In this document: positions 47,777-57,529 of the stretch, piece by piece
How the letters are laid out: the number at the start of each line of letters is the position of its first letter
How positions within the stretch are numbered: position 1 is the stretch's first letter
From: a virus
Direction: 5' to 3' (one strand)
IMG/VR virus record: IMGVR_UViG_3300034198_015644
Coordinates: 42,490-106,489 of that record
Length of the DNA stretch: 64,000 nt
Made by a program: the position numbers and the translations under genes
Notes under the pieces: model-generated
Databases searched by the model: none
What the model was told of the DNA's origin: nothing
The model's input: the letters and a program-made list of their open reading frames with translations, nothing else

Positions 47777-48580
47777 ATGTCTAAAAAATATATTAATTCT
47801 ACTGAAGAAAGTTTAACAAAATACTTCCAAGAAGTTAGAAAAACGGACACCATTAATGGTGACAAGGAAGTAGAATTGGCTAAAAGGATTAAAAATGGAG
47901 ATCAAGGAGCAATTGAAGAATTGGTATCTGCAAATTTACGTTTTGTCATTAGTATAGCTAAAGACTATCAAAATGGCGGATTACCATTGTCAGATTTAAT
48001 TTCCGAAGGAAATTATGGTCTAATAACTGCGGCTAAAAGATTTGATCATACTAAAGGTTATAAATTTATTTCTTATGCGGTTTGGTGGATTCGACAATCA
48101 ATTCTACAATCTTTGAATGAAAATGGTAGGATGGTTAGACTTCCTGCAAATGTAATTAATAAGATTACTAAGAATAAGAAAGAACTAGAAAAAATGGGGG
48201 CAAATTTTCACGAATATGATTATGACAATAATAATATTGAAAATGATTATCCTTACGTCTTATCACTTAGTTCTCATATGAATGAAGATGGTGACGAGCT
48301 AATTGACCTCATTGAGGATAAATCAGTTAAGAGACCTGATCATGATTTGATGAATGAAGGTGACATGAAATATGAAATAAATCAAGCACTTTCATATTTA
48401 AGTGAACGTGAACGTAATATTATTGAATGTTATTTTGGTTTAAATGGTGAGAGAATGACTCTCGAAATGATTGGTGAGGAATATAATCTAACTAAAGAAC
48501 GTGTTAGGCAGATTAAAGAAAAGGCAATCAGGAAACTACGTTATAATTCAGATAAATTGTACGAATTTTTAAATAATTAA
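47777..48580 (+). CDS. RNA polymerase sigma-70 factor (short RpoD/SigA-like, Bacteroidota type)
   Basis: ANLRFVISIAKDY, DLISEGN.GL..AA.RFD..KG.KFISYAVWWIRQSI, TLE.IG....LTKERVRQI; lacks region 1.1. Confidence 0.92.
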   Translation: MSKKYINSTEESLTKYFQEVRKTDTINGDKEVELAKRIKNGDQGAIEELVSANLRFVISIAKDYQNGGLPLSDLISEGNYGLITAAKRFDHTKGYKFISYAVWWIRQSILQSLNENGRMVRLPANVINKITKNKKELEKMGANFHEYDYDNNNIENDYPYVLSLSSHMNEDGDELIDLIEDKSVKRPDHDLMNEGDMKYEINQALSYLSERERNIIECYFGLNGERMTLEMIGEEYNLTKERVRQIKEKAIRKLRYNSDKLYEFLNN

Positions 48581-48607
48581 TCGTATATTTATTATATAAA
48601 AAACAAC

Positions 48608-48928
48608 ATGGAATTTTTAAAAAAATGGGGTATTTTAATCATTACATTTTTTAATGTAATGATATTTTTTAGTACTTGTGGGACAAAATCTAAAATTGAA
48701 AAAGTAGAAAAAAGATTTAATGCCGTATTGTACAATGATTCTATACAAGGTGAAATAAATTCAATAGATAGAGAAATTTTATTGAATGAAACTTCAAGGG
48801 AGGTGGTCTATAATTGGAATGCAATTGTTAGAACTACAGAAAGACCCGATGATGTGATGAATAAATACAACTTGAAGATAAAAGAGTTGGAAAAACAAAA
48901 AGAAAAATTAAAGAATGCTAAACAATAA
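48608..48928 (+). CDS. Small membrane-anchored coiled-coil protein (possible lysis accessory)
   Basis: N-terminal hydrophobic segment ending STC, then helical region; first gene after the TATTTAT motif. Confidence 0.45.
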   Translation: MEFLKKWGILIITFFNVMIFFSTCGTKSKIEKVEKRFNAVLYNDSIQGEINSIDREILLNETSREVVYNWNAIVRTTERPDDVMNKYNLKIKELEKQKEKLKNAKQ

Positions 48929-49781
48929 AAAAACTTTATTTTGGTTAATTCTTTCTAGTTTTTTATTAATTCCTTTAATTGTATCAGTAATATCTAGTAT
49001 ACACGTTATTAACTTTTTTGAGTTATCTAATTTTACCGGTTTAGCAGTTGCATTGTCAATTTCATTTGAAATCGGAGCATTATCGGCATTGGCGGGTTTA
49101 GTGGTGATGGATAAAATAAATAAAAATGTCATTTATTTTATTTTTATTCTATTAACCGCATACCAAATGATGGGTAACACTTATTATGCATACGATATGT
49201 TGTCACAAAAAATGTTAATAAATCCGAACCTAATAAAAAATTGGACGGAACTTTTTGGTTTTGAAACTGACGACACTATATTAATGAAGAGGATAATCTC
49301 GATAATTTCAGGGGCAATATTACCAATTGTTTCACTTTGTTTTTTAGATCTTTCGGTAGACTATATTAAAAAATCATATCCTACAGAAACTATTCTAAAT
49401 GAAGAGGTAAAAAAAAAACTTCTGACGATAGAGGATCAGACAATTGAACATATTGTTAATACTCCGATTAAGGAAAATGTTGAACCTGTGGTAACAATTG
49501 AACAACCAATTGTTCAAAATACTATAGAAAATGAACGACCAATAGTTGAAGACAATAAAATTTTGGTCGAAGAACCTTTTATTGATGAGGAAGATTTAGA
49601 AATAGAATCTCTTTTTAGTCCGAATACCCAACAAGCTGAGGTTATAACTGAGGAGGATAAAAAAATTATTAGAGATCAAATAAATGAAATTAAAAATAAT
49701 GTTAAAGATACTGAATCAACAGATAATACTATAAAAATGCGCCCTAAAGGTGGATTTCATAATGTAATTTATACAAAATGA
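48915..49781 (+). CDS. Multi-pass membrane protein with acidic C-terminal tail (possible holin-like)
   Basis: About four hydrophobic segments in aa 8-145; directly upstream of the amidase-like gene. Confidence 0.45.
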   Translation: MLNNKKTLFWLILSSFLLIPLIVSVISSIHVINFFELSNFTGLAVALSISFEIGALSALAGLVVMDKINKNVIYFIFILLTAYQMMGNTYYAYDMLSQKMLINPNLIKNWTELFGFETDDTILMKRIISIISGAILPIVSLCFLDLSVDYIKKSYPTETILNEEVKKKLLTIEDQTIEHIVNTPIKENVEPVVTIEQPIVQNTIENERPIVEDNKILVEEPFIDEEDLEIESLFSPNTQQAEVITEEDKKIIRDQINEIKNNVKDTESTDNTIKMRPKGGFHNVIYTK

Positions 49782-50392
49782 TTGACGTTAATAGTTATGT
49801 TTTAAGTAATAATAATTATCATTTTTTAGAGACAGAAAAAAAACAAATTGTCATTGGGAATACATTTAATGTGGATATGAACCATTTTTTTGGGTGGACA
49901 CATAGATCGAATGGTAGTTATAAAAAAGTTTCCAATTTTACTATCGACACAGGAGGTAAGATTTACCAACACTTCGACTCCAATTACTATTCAGAATTTT
50001 TACCCAATTCTATATATAATAAACATATAGTATCTATAGTTTTGGTTAACGAAGGTTGGTTAGATTATGATATAAAAGATAAAAAATATATAAATTGTTT
50101 TGGTAATGTTTATCTTAAAGATAACATGATAGAAAAACGTTGGAGAAACCATAGTTTTTGGGATACTTATAGTGAAAAACAAATTGATTCTTTAACCGAA
50201 TTAACCAAATATTTATTAGAAAAACATAACATAATCAAAAAAGTATTAGGACATAACACTTACGTTAGAGATATAGTTGGATTTGAGGGGGTAACATATC
50301 GTAGTAATTGGATAAAAGATAGTACCGATTTAAGTCCAAGTTTTGATTTTGAGATATTTAAAAATAAAATAGAAGACAATGGCATACAATGA
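49778..50392 (+). CDS. N-acetylmuramoyl-L-alanine amidase (Amidase_2)-like protein, atypical active site
   Basis: QIVIGNT, NFTID..GKIYQ, VSIVLVN.G, YSEKQIDSL..L...L, LGH, TDLSP.FD; the first Zn His is replaced by Gly. Confidence 0.65.
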   Translation: MIDVNSYVLSNNNYHFLETEKKQIVIGNTFNVDMNHFFGWTHRSNGSYKKVSNFTIDTGGKIYQHFDSNYYSEFLPNSIYNKHIVSIVLVNEGWLDYDIKDKKYINCFGNVYLKDNMIEKRWRNHSFWDTYSEKQIDSLTELTKYLLEKHNIIKKVLGHNTYVRDIVGFEGVTYRSNWIKDSTDLSPSFDFEIFKNKIEDNGIQ

Positions 50393-50816
50393 TCCACTTA
50401 GAGACATCACGAGAGAGATGATCGATAAAATGTACGAAAATAAAACAAAAAAGTTAATCAGAGAAGAATTTGACGAAAAAATTGAGTTAAAAGAGGATGA
50501 AGCTAAAGAAGAAGAAAAAAAATTCAGGGAAACTGTATCACCAAGAGTAGAGTTTAAAAAATTTTTTATATACCCAAAAGCGTTTAATGTGGAATGGGCA
50601 GGAAAATTTACTAGTTCTAATTTAGAATGGGTTTATTCGTTAGATACCAGTAATGGTGTTTATATTACAGGAGATTTAGTGCAATTAGATGATGATACTA
50701 TGGAAATTTTGAAAAAATTAGTGGGTTATTATGAAACTTGGTCTAACGAATGGGCTAATAAGATTGCAGATAATTACGAATCTAAAAGTAAGGAATCGGG
50801 AGAAGAAACTATTTAA
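50379..50816 (+). CDS. Hypothetical protein (possible head/scaffold-associated)
   Basis: 145-aa ORF, charged N-terminus with LIRE motif. Confidence 0.5.
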   Translation: MAYNDPLRDITREMIDKMYENKTKKLIREEFDEKIELKEDEAKEEEKKFRETVSPRVEFKKFFIYPKAFNVEWAGKFTSSNLEWVYSLDTSNGVYITGDLVQLDDDTMEILKKLVGYYETWSNEWANKIADNYESKSKESGEETI

Positions 50817-51361
50817 TTTTTATCTTTCTTTTTTCTTTTTGTAATAAGTGAGACTATTTTAACTACCCCACCTATTATTAAACCCCAAAGACCGGTGTTT
50901 ATTAAAGTTAATATTATTGTGGTACATAGGAATAGCCAAAATCCTGCGGTGAAAAATTTATAAATACTTGGGACATATTTAACTTCTTTGGTTATGGTAA
51001 TGTTAGTATTTTTATTTTCTGTTTTATACTTCTCTATTTGAGACTCTAATTTAGTGATTAAAAGATCTTTTTCGTCACAGTTGTTTTGTACACTGATTTT
51101 ACCATTTTTTACTTGGACTAGGCTACTACTACTTTTTGATCTGTATATAAAAACCGTATCTTTATTGCACGGTACTTCAAATTTTATAGTATCACCAGGT
51201 ATTTTTATTAATGTATCTTTATAAACAATTTCTGTTTTAGTTATAATACTATCTTTATTTACGTATATAATATTAGGTTTATTGACCTTACATGTGGTCA
51301 AAGTTAGAATTATAAATACCCCTAAAAATAGGGTTAAATATTTGTTTATTAGTCTTTTCAT
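50813..51361 (-). CDS. Putative unimolecular spanin (lipoprotein signal plus C-terminal TM)
   Basis: Basic N-terminus, hydrophobic stretch and LTTC lipobox-like motif; beta-rich middle; C-terminal hydrophobic segment followed by KRKKKDKN; lies near the amidase-like gene. Confidence 0.55.
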   Translation of the reverse strand: MKRLINKYLTLFLGVFIILTLTTCKVNKPNIIYVNKDSIITKTEIVYKDTLIKIPGDTIKFEVPCNKDTVFIYRSKSSSSLVQVKNGKISVQNNCDEKDLLITKLESQIEKYKTENKNTNITITKEVKYVPSIYKFFTAGFWLFLCTTIILTLINTGLWGLIIGGVVKIVSLITKRKKKDKN

Positions 51362-51426
51362 CTCCCTATAAATACCAAAAATGATAAAAAAAATAAATAT
51401 TTATATATTTAAGAATATTTATTAAT

Positions 51427-51711
51427 ATGAAGATTATAATAACCGAAAACCAACTAAAAGTCATTAGTGAAGCATTTACTCAAACAGATAAAACTGAAAT
51501 TGAGAGAATTATTAGGAAAGAAATAAAAGATGCTTTAGATGATAGTAAATTTAAGAAAAAAATCAAAGATTATATGGATGAAGAACATAAATCTAGAGAT
51601 TTTGAAAAAAAATTAGTCGAAGTTAGTAAAAATGTGTTGGTTCAGTTATTTAAACAAATGTACAATAAGAGAAGTGTTTGGACTTCAGGATTATCTAATG
51701 ACCCAAGCTAA
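51427..51711 (+). CDS. Small hypothetical protein with MKIIITENQ leader
   Basis: 94 aa; two TATTTAT motifs upstream. Confidence 0.55.
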   Translation: MKIIITENQLKVISEAFTQTDKTEIERIIRKEIKDALDDSKFKKKIKDYMDEEHKSRDFEKKLVEVSKNVLVQLFKQMYNKRSVWTSGLSNDPS

Positions 51712-52542
51712 ATGGATTTTAAGACAAATTTAACGGACAAAATTAAACAAGAATTTCGAAAAGGGGTGGATTCTTTACCTTCTTCGGCAAAAATGGGTAT
51801 AGGCGTAATAAACGAAAAAAAAGAAACCATTAAATTCAAAAGTTGGAGAAAATCCATAATAAACGCTTTAACATTTTTGGATAATGACTATGATTTAGGT
51901 ATGCCAGGGGAGGATAAGAATAAACAAATATTTAAAGATGATTTAATAAATTTATTAGGAAATTGCCCAAATTACCGTTGTGTTTCTAAAATTTTAAAAA
52001 AGACTTTTAAAAATAAAGAAATAATAGATAACATTATGGATAAGGCATATGAAGATTATACCACAAAAGGTTTAAATCCTAAATCTAAAGATGAAACTAC
52101 AACATCGGCTTCTTCGGGACAATATTCGGGTCCTTTGTTTGGAGGTACACCAAAATTTAAATCTAATGTAGATATTCATAGAACAGATGAAACTTTAAAG
52201 AAAAGTGAGATAGAAAAATTAGTAAAAGAAACCATTCAAAATTTAAATACTGATGAATCTACAACTGCATCATCTGCTGGACCTTATGTAGGGACTGCAA
52301 TATGGGCGAAGAATAGAGAAAATTGGAGAGGTAAAAATAAACTTTGGAAAGGTGGTAAATTTGTCTCAGTGAAAGAAAAATGTAAGAAATACCCATACTG
52401 TAATCAAAGTCCTGAGGCAATTATTCTAAGTGACGTGCCTATGGATAAATTAGACCATGTTTTTGAACGTTTAAGTAAGAAAACTAATAAACCTTATAGT
52501 TATATAAAAAGAATGTTTTTTAAACACTTTGATGTAAAATAA
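51712..52542 (+). CDS. Hypothetical protein (probable head-internal) with duplicated E(T/S)TT.S..G.Y motif
   Basis: DETTTSASSGQY and DESTTASSAGPY; C-terminal KCKKYPYCNQ. Confidence 0.55.
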   Translation: MDFKTNLTDKIKQEFRKGVDSLPSSAKMGIGVINEKKETIKFKSWRKSIINALTFLDNDYDLGMPGEDKNKQIFKDDLINLLGNCPNYRCVSKILKKTFKNKEIIDNIMDKAYEDYTTKGLNPKSKDETTTSASSGQYSGPLFGGTPKFKSNVDIHRTDETLKKSEIEKLVKETIQNLNTDESTTASSAGPYVGTAIWAKNRENWRGKNKLWKGGKFVSVKEKCKKYPYCNQSPEAIILSDVPMDKLDHVFERLSKKTNKPYSYIKRMFFKHFDVK

Positions 52543-52566
52543 AGTATTTATAATAAAATAAATAAA

Positions 52567-53694
52567 ATGACGAAGAAAGATATCTTAAATAAAATTAAAA
52601 GAACTATTTTAGGTGAGGACGCTGGGACACCAGGTATTACTGTTACTAAAAAAACCCAAAAAACGGAGAAAAAATTCAGTGACGACTATTATAAAGAAAC
52701 TGATAAAAAATTCAAAGATTATTTAGGTATCAAAAAAGATGATTTTGATGCCCTAAAAGTTAACGCAGATGAAAATCAAGAAAAGACTTATGGTGGATCG
52801 GGAATGGAAGGATTAACATACGATAATGAAGGAACTGAAGTGGAAAAGAAATTTACTAAAAGAGTAAAAGACTTAAATAAACCATCAAAAGATTATTATC
52901 TTAAAAAAGATGAAATTGATAATACATTTGAGAAATTAGAGAAGAAGTCTAAAACATATAAAGAGGATAAGAAAAAATTTCAGAATACACCACCTGTAAG
53001 GGCGGTACAAGCTGAAGGTACAATTAAAAGATTAACATATAAAACTGAATTTGTTAATGAATCGACTGCAATTAATTTGATTCCTGAAGAATTCAAACAA
53101 GATAGTTTGGTTTTTGAAATGACAGATGGAAATAAACTTATGAAAGTTAGATGGGAAGGAGGAAAGAATGGAAGGGCGGTAGTCTTATTATCTAAAGATG
53201 GTAAAAAAATAAATGAAGAATTAAATAGAATGTACCAATTATTTGAGTATAACTCTAGAGATACGTTTGGTAAAACCAATTTATTGACAGAAGAAAAAGA
53301 ATTAGATAATATGGTAAAAACTTTTAGAGGTAAGGATGAAACTGATCCTTCACCCGGAGTTGCAGCTAAAATTTCTCCACCTAAAGAAATGAACATAGAA
53401 GTAAGAGAAAAAGGAGATTTAATTAGTGCGGCAAAATATCTTGTAGATAAACCTGAAATTCCAGTCGCACCGGGAAATATAGCAAGTTATGATAAAAGAC
53501 TTTCTAGTTGGACTATCACAACAGATCCAAAAGTTAGTAAGGAAGATTTAGAAACCGCAGTAAAATCTGTAATGGAAAAAAATCCACAAAGTACTGCGAT
53601 GAAACCTAGTCTTCGCAACGCAGCATCTCAAATGAGTAAGGCATTAGGGAAAGAAAAAGTTGACATTTTAATTACTCTTGGTGGTGGGGCATAA
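52567..53694 (+). CDS. Highly charged hypothetical protein (probable head-internal/scaffold)
   Basis: 375 aa, K/E-rich, several (I/L/V)xE motifs; TATTTAT at 52545-51. Confidence 0.55.
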   Translation: MTKKDILNKIKRTILGEDAGTPGITVTKKTQKTEKKFSDDYYKETDKKFKDYLGIKKDDFDALKVNADENQEKTYGGSGMEGLTYDNEGTEVEKKFTKRVKDLNKPSKDYYLKKDEIDNTFEKLEKKSKTYKEDKKKFQNTPPVRAVQAEGTIKRLTYKTEFVNESTAINLIPEEFKQDSLVFEMTDGNKLMKVRWEGGKNGRAVVLLSKDGKKINEELNRMYQLFEYNSRDTFGKTNLLTEEKELDNMVKTFRGKDETDPSPGVAAKISPPKEMNIEVREKGDLISAAKYLVDKPEIPVAPGNIASYDKRLSSWTITTDPKVSKEDLETAVKSVMEKNPQSTAMKPSLRNAASQMSKALGKEKVDILITLGGGA

Positions 53695-53748
53695 GAAATA
53701 ATTAATTTACATTTTTTTATTATTATTTAATATTATAGTAATAAGAAA

Positions 53749-54216
53749 ATGGATCATAGTTCAAATATATATAATTTTTTAGTATATATGAATTTACCTC
53801 TTACTGACGAGGAAATATCTTTAATATATAAAGCTAATAATGTTAACTACGAAAGATGTAATCTCTACTATGATTTTTTAGATTCATTGTTTACATTAAT
53901 ATATGATACCTATTTGGGTGAAGAATTTATTAATGGTGAACAGGAAATTAAACATTTTAACTGGTGTTTAAATAGAGTTGTTGATAATTTTAAAAAAGAA
54001 AAAATAGTATTTAAAATTAAAAAAGATTTTAAAGATATCATTTTTTCTTACGTTAAGGAAATTTTTTATGATGAAAAAAATAAAGAACTTAATGGAGATA
54101 AAATGGTTAAATTTTGGAATCATGTTTTTAAATATGATGGTTTAAAAACTAAATCAGATTTAGATGCATTTATAGAAATGTATAAAATTTTGGATTATGC
54201 ATTATTAAGCAAATAA
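53749..54216 (+). CDS. Hypothetical protein
   Basis: 155-aa ORF. Confidence 0.55.
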   Translation: MDHSSNIYNFLVYMNLPLTDEEISLIYKANNVNYERCNLYYDFLDSLFTLIYDTYLGEEFINGEQEIKHFNWCLNRVVDNFKKEKIVFKIKKDFKDIIFSYVKEIFYDEKNKELNGDKMVKFWNHVFKYDGLKTKSDLDAFIEMYKILDYALLSK

Positions 54217-54254
54217 CTATTGATTTTCACATTTTTTTTACTTAACATTGTTCT

Positions 54255-54467
54255 ATGGCTAACATACTTGAAATATGTTTAAGTGACTTAATCACTAAAA
54301 AAAATTTATTGGAAGGGGAACTAGAGTCCATAGTCAATTCTCCAAATATCGGAACTAAAACGAAATATGATAAGACTATGGAAATATTAAATGAAATTGG
54401 TTTACTTTATAATTCCATAAATTTATTAAATATGTATATAACAAAAAATAAAAATGAAGAAAATTAA
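54255..54467 (+). CDS. Hypothetical protein
   Basis: 70-aa ORF; degenerate host-type promoter upstream (attg-N20-taacattg). Confidence 0.5.
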   Translation: MANILEICLSDLITKKNLLEGELESIVNSPNIGTKTKYDKTMEILNEIGLLYNSINLLNMYITKNKNEEN

Positions 54468-54469
54468 AA

Positions 54470-54646
54470 ATGGGAAAATTTGAAGATTTAAAATCTCTTG
54501 TAGAATCTATGAATGAAGATTATAGTAAATTTGTAGAAAAGGGTAATAGTGCTGCTGGTACTAGAGTTAGAAAAACTTTACAAGAAATAAAGAAATTGGC
54601 TCAAGACATGAGAGTAGAAATTTCAGAAAAGAAAAAAAGTGCATAA
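54470..54646 (+). CDS. Histone H1-like nucleoid protein (Hc1 family), 58 aa, missing from ORF track
   Basis: MGKFEDLKSLVESMNEDYSKFVEKGNSAAGTRVRKTLQEIKKLAQDMRVEISEKKKSA; KGN.AAGTR.RK is the Hc1 signature. Confidence 0.85.
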   Translation: MGKFEDLKSLVESMNEDYSKFVEKGNSAAGTRVRKTLQEIKKLAQDMRVEISEKKKSA

Positions 54647-54654
54647 TTAATTTT

Positions 54655-54852
54655 ATGGCAATTGTGATCCTAAATAAAATAATGTTTATTTTATTTTTTT
54701 TATCATTAGTAAATGTAATTAGACACTCCTTTTTATTTTTAATAAAAGTTAGTGATCAAAAAAAATATTTAATATCTAATACTTCATTATTTTATTTAGG
54801 ATTATCTTTATCAATGTTATTAACTACTTTATTTACGGGAATTAAAATATGA
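54655..54852 (+). CDS. Small two-TM membrane protein
   Basis: Two hydrophobic segments in 65 aa. Confidence 0.5.
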   Translation: MAIVILNKIMFILFFLSLVNVIRHSFLFLIKVSDQKKYLISNTSLFYLGLSLSMLLTTLFTGIKI

Positions 54853-55232
54853 CAAGTTTACAAGACAGATTAAAAAATTTAAGACCTTATGTAGTCGGTA
54901 TACGATTTGTTAAGGACATGCCAGTCGTTGATGTGAATATTAAGGATGGTTGGAAAATTTTATCTAGTGATAAAATATCCATCAATAAAAGTGAAAAAAC
55001 TAAGAATTATTTAATGTTTTATAGTGAGAATCCTTCTATGGAGATAGACGAAATATTAGATTTTGTAGAATCTTGTATTGACTATAATAGAGAAATAGAG
55101 GCGAAAGAGATTTTATTTAAGACCTATATTAGTACGTTAAAAAATATTTTTGAAAGTACACCATACGAAGATCTCAAAAATTTAGAATTTAAATTACCTA
55201 AAAAGATTGAAGAAAAAGAGGAACAAATATGA
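54849..55232 (+). CDS. Hypothetical protein
   Basis: 127-aa ORF overlapping both neighbours by 4 nt. Confidence 0.55.
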   Translation: MTSLQDRLKNLRPYVVGIRFVKDMPVVDVNIKDGWKILSSDKISINKSEKTKNYLMFYSENPSMEIDEILDFVESCIDYNREIEAKEILFKTYISTLKNIFESTPYEDLKNLEFKLPKKIEEKEEQI

Positions 55233-55585
55233 ACTTAATATTATTTATATTAACTTGTTATGGGATATCAAATATAGTAATATTTGGTTCAATATTTAAT
55301 AAATTTAGATTGTATTGGGAGGCAAAATCACCAAATTTTTTTGGTAAACTTTTTAGTTGTATGATTTGTTTACCAACGTATGTTGGGTTTTTAATTTCAA
55401 TTGGTGCCCACGTTACAGGTCTTTTGCAATTTTCACCATTCGCTTCGATGGGGATGAATGTTTGGTTTATTATACCTTTTTTTAATATACCTCTGTTTCC
55501 CATTGCAATTTTTATGGATGGTTGTTTAGCTTCAGGAAGCGTTTGGTTAGTACATACATTACAAGAACATTTTGAACGAAAATAA
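55229..55585 (+). CDS. DUF1360-like membrane protein
   Basis: IF..FR......FFGKLFSCMICL..YVG CxxC motif between TM segments. Confidence 0.55.
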   Translation: MNLILFILTCYGISNIVIFGSIFNKFRLYWEAKSPNFFGKLFSCMICLPTYVGFLISIGAHVTGLLQFSPFASMGMNVWFIIPFFNIPLFPIAIFMDGCLASGSVWLVHTLQEHFERK

Positions 55586-55586
55586 T

Positions 55587-55781
55587 ATGGATGATTTTTT
55601 AAATAAAGAACTTGAAAAAAATAAAAAATATCAAGATTTAATTTATAAACAATTAGAAAATGATAAAAAAGAGTTTATAAAAGAGATCAGAACAAATTTA
55701 GGGGATAAGATTGTTGTCGGATTTAAACAACCCAAACCAAAAGTTAATTTTTGGGGTAAATTAAAAAAAATATTTAGTTAA
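55587..55781 (+). CDS. Hypothetical protein (start moved to ATG at 55587)
   Basis: MDDFLNKE...; amphipathic C-terminus FWGKLKKIFS. Confidence 0.5.
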   Translation: MDDFLNKELEKNKKYQDLIYKQLENDKKEFIKEIRTNLGDKIVVGFKQPKPKVNFWGKLKKIFS

Positions 55782-55999
55782 TGTTTGAAAAACTTCTAAA
55801 AATAAGTGAATTATATGTTAAAAACGAAATTGAAACTACCAATTTTGTTATTGTCTATGAATTAGACGAGGAAGAACTATTATTTTTGGACAAAGATTTA
55901 TATGTTAGAAAAAACGGAAATCTTAAAAATTTTGTTAAAAATGAAGAAATTGAATTAACCCTTAATGAGGTAAAATTTTTAATAAAAAAGAAATTTTAA
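55781..55999 (+). CDS. Hypothetical protein
   Basis: 72-aa ORF with TAATG coupling to the upstream gene. Confidence 0.5.
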   Translation: MFEKLLKISELYVKNEIETTNFVIVYELDEEELLFLDKDLYVRKNGNLKNFVKNEEIELTLNEVKFLIKKKF

Positions 56000-56020
56000 T
56001 GGAAAATATTTTCTAAAATA

Positions 56021-56052
56021 CTTGTTTTAGTGGAAAATATTTTATACTTTTG
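56021..56052 (+). promoter_or_regulatory. Bacteroidota-type promoter for the TROVE/vWA gene
   Basis: cTTG (56021-24), N20, TACTTTTG (56045-52). Confidence 0.7.
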
Positions 56053-56072
56053 TAATTCTAATCTTAATTACT

Positions 56073-57479
56073 ATGGACTTCATTCAATCTCTACAGACCA
56101 AAGATACCGTAACTGAAAATGGTATACCTACTAATAGTACTTCTATGGATCGTTGTGTTGATCTATTTTTTATGATTGGTGCAGTTAGAGGTCAACATAG
56201 TGAACGAATTTTAAAATTATTTATAAGGGCATTCTATGAAAATAGAACTGCAGCTCTTCGTATTTTATTTTGGGCTCGTGATGTTAGAGATGGGGCTGGA
56301 GAGAGAAGTACATTTAGAATTATTTTTAAATGGTTATGTGATAATCATCCTGAAACTGTAATTAAAAATTTAAGTTATGTTTCATATCTTGGTCGTTGGG
56401 ATGACATGTTGGTTGCAATTGGTACAAAATGTGAAGATGCAGTTTTTGAGGAAATAAAAAATGGATTAGAAGATGGTAACCAACTCTGTGCTAAATGGAT
56501 GCCACGTAAAGGTAAAATTGCCAACATTCTTCGAAAAAAGTTTAAGATGACCCCAAAGGAATATCGTAAACTTTTAGTTTCTAATACTAATGTTGTGGAG
56601 ACTAAAATGTGTGATAAGAAATGGTCAGAGATTGAATATGGTAAATTACCTAGTCTTGCCATGTCACGTTATAGTACTGCCTTTAAAATTAAAGATAGTG
56701 TAAGATTTAATACTTATCTTAATGATTTAAAAAATGGTAAGGGTAAAGTAAATGCAGGTGCAGTATATCCTTACGATATAATTAAAAATTTACGTAGAGG
56801 TAATTCTGATTTGGCACAAGAACAATGGAATGTTCTTCCTGATTATATGGCGGAGTGTCACGATTTGGTGTTTCCATTGGTAGATGTATCGGCTAGTATG
56901 GATACACCAATTGGAAGTAATTCAAATCTTACGGCAATAGATGTCGCAATTTCATTGGGTCTTTATATTAGTGAAAGAAATGTCGGACCTTTGAAAGATT
57001 ATTTTATGACTTTCTCTCAAAGTCCTGAGTTGGTATACGTTAACGGTTCATTAGAAGATAGAATGTACCAAATGGAGTGTACACATTGGGGGATGAATAC
57101 TAATTTGATAAAAGTGTTTCAGACCATGTTAAAACACGCCAAAGAGAATAATGTTCGTGCTTGTGATATGCCAACTAAAATTTTAATCCTTAGTGATATG
57201 GAATTTGATATGGCAATCAATAATTCTAAAAATAGTGCAATGGAAGAGATTGAAAATCTTTACCGTGAAAATAATTATACGTTACCTAAAATTGTATTTT
57301 GGAATATTCAGGCAAGAGGTAAAAATTTTCCTGTCACTTTTGATAAAAATGGAACTGCACTTGTATCTGGATTTTCTCCATCAATTCTAAAATCAATACT
57401 TAAAATGGATGTTGCAAATCCACATAGAGTTATGTTAGATACAATTAATGATTACAAATATTTGGGTATTAAACCATAA
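56073..57479 (+). CDS. DUF2828-family TROVE/Ro60-like protein with C-terminal vWA domain
   Basis: TENG, RD.R.G.GER..F, G.WDD, AKWMPR helical region; vWA MIDAS DVSAS, WGMNTN, ILILSDMEFD, VFWN, VSGFS. Confidence 0.85.
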   Translation: MDFIQSLQTKDTVTENGIPTNSTSMDRCVDLFFMIGAVRGQHSERILKLFIRAFYENRTAALRILFWARDVRDGAGERSTFRIIFKWLCDNHPETVIKNLSYVSYLGRWDDMLVAIGTKCEDAVFEEIKNGLEDGNQLCAKWMPRKGKIANILRKKFKMTPKEYRKLLVSNTNVVETKMCDKKWSEIEYGKLPSLAMSRYSTAFKIKDSVRFNTYLNDLKNGKGKVNAGAVYPYDIIKNLRRGNSDLAQEQWNVLPDYMAECHDLVFPLVDVSASMDTPIGSNSNLTAIDVAISLGLYISERNVGPLKDYFMTFSQSPELVYVNGSLEDRMYQMECTHWGMNTNLIKVFQTMLKHAKENNVRACDMPTKILILSDMEFDMAINNSKNSAMEEIENLYRENNYTLPKIVFWNIQARGKNFPVTFDKNGTALVSGFSPSILKSILKMDVANPHRVMLDTINDYKYLGIKP

Positions 57480-57496
57480 AAATATTTTTAAAAAGC

Positions 57497-57528
57497 CTTG
57501 TATATTTGAAAAAATATATTTATCTTTG
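57497..57528 (+). promoter_or_regulatory. Bacteroidota-type promoter driving the intergenic RNA
   Basis: cTTG (57497-500), N20, TATCTTTG (57521-28); next annotated ORF is ~200 nt away and behind a terminator. Confidence 0.75.
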
Positions 57529-57529
57529 T

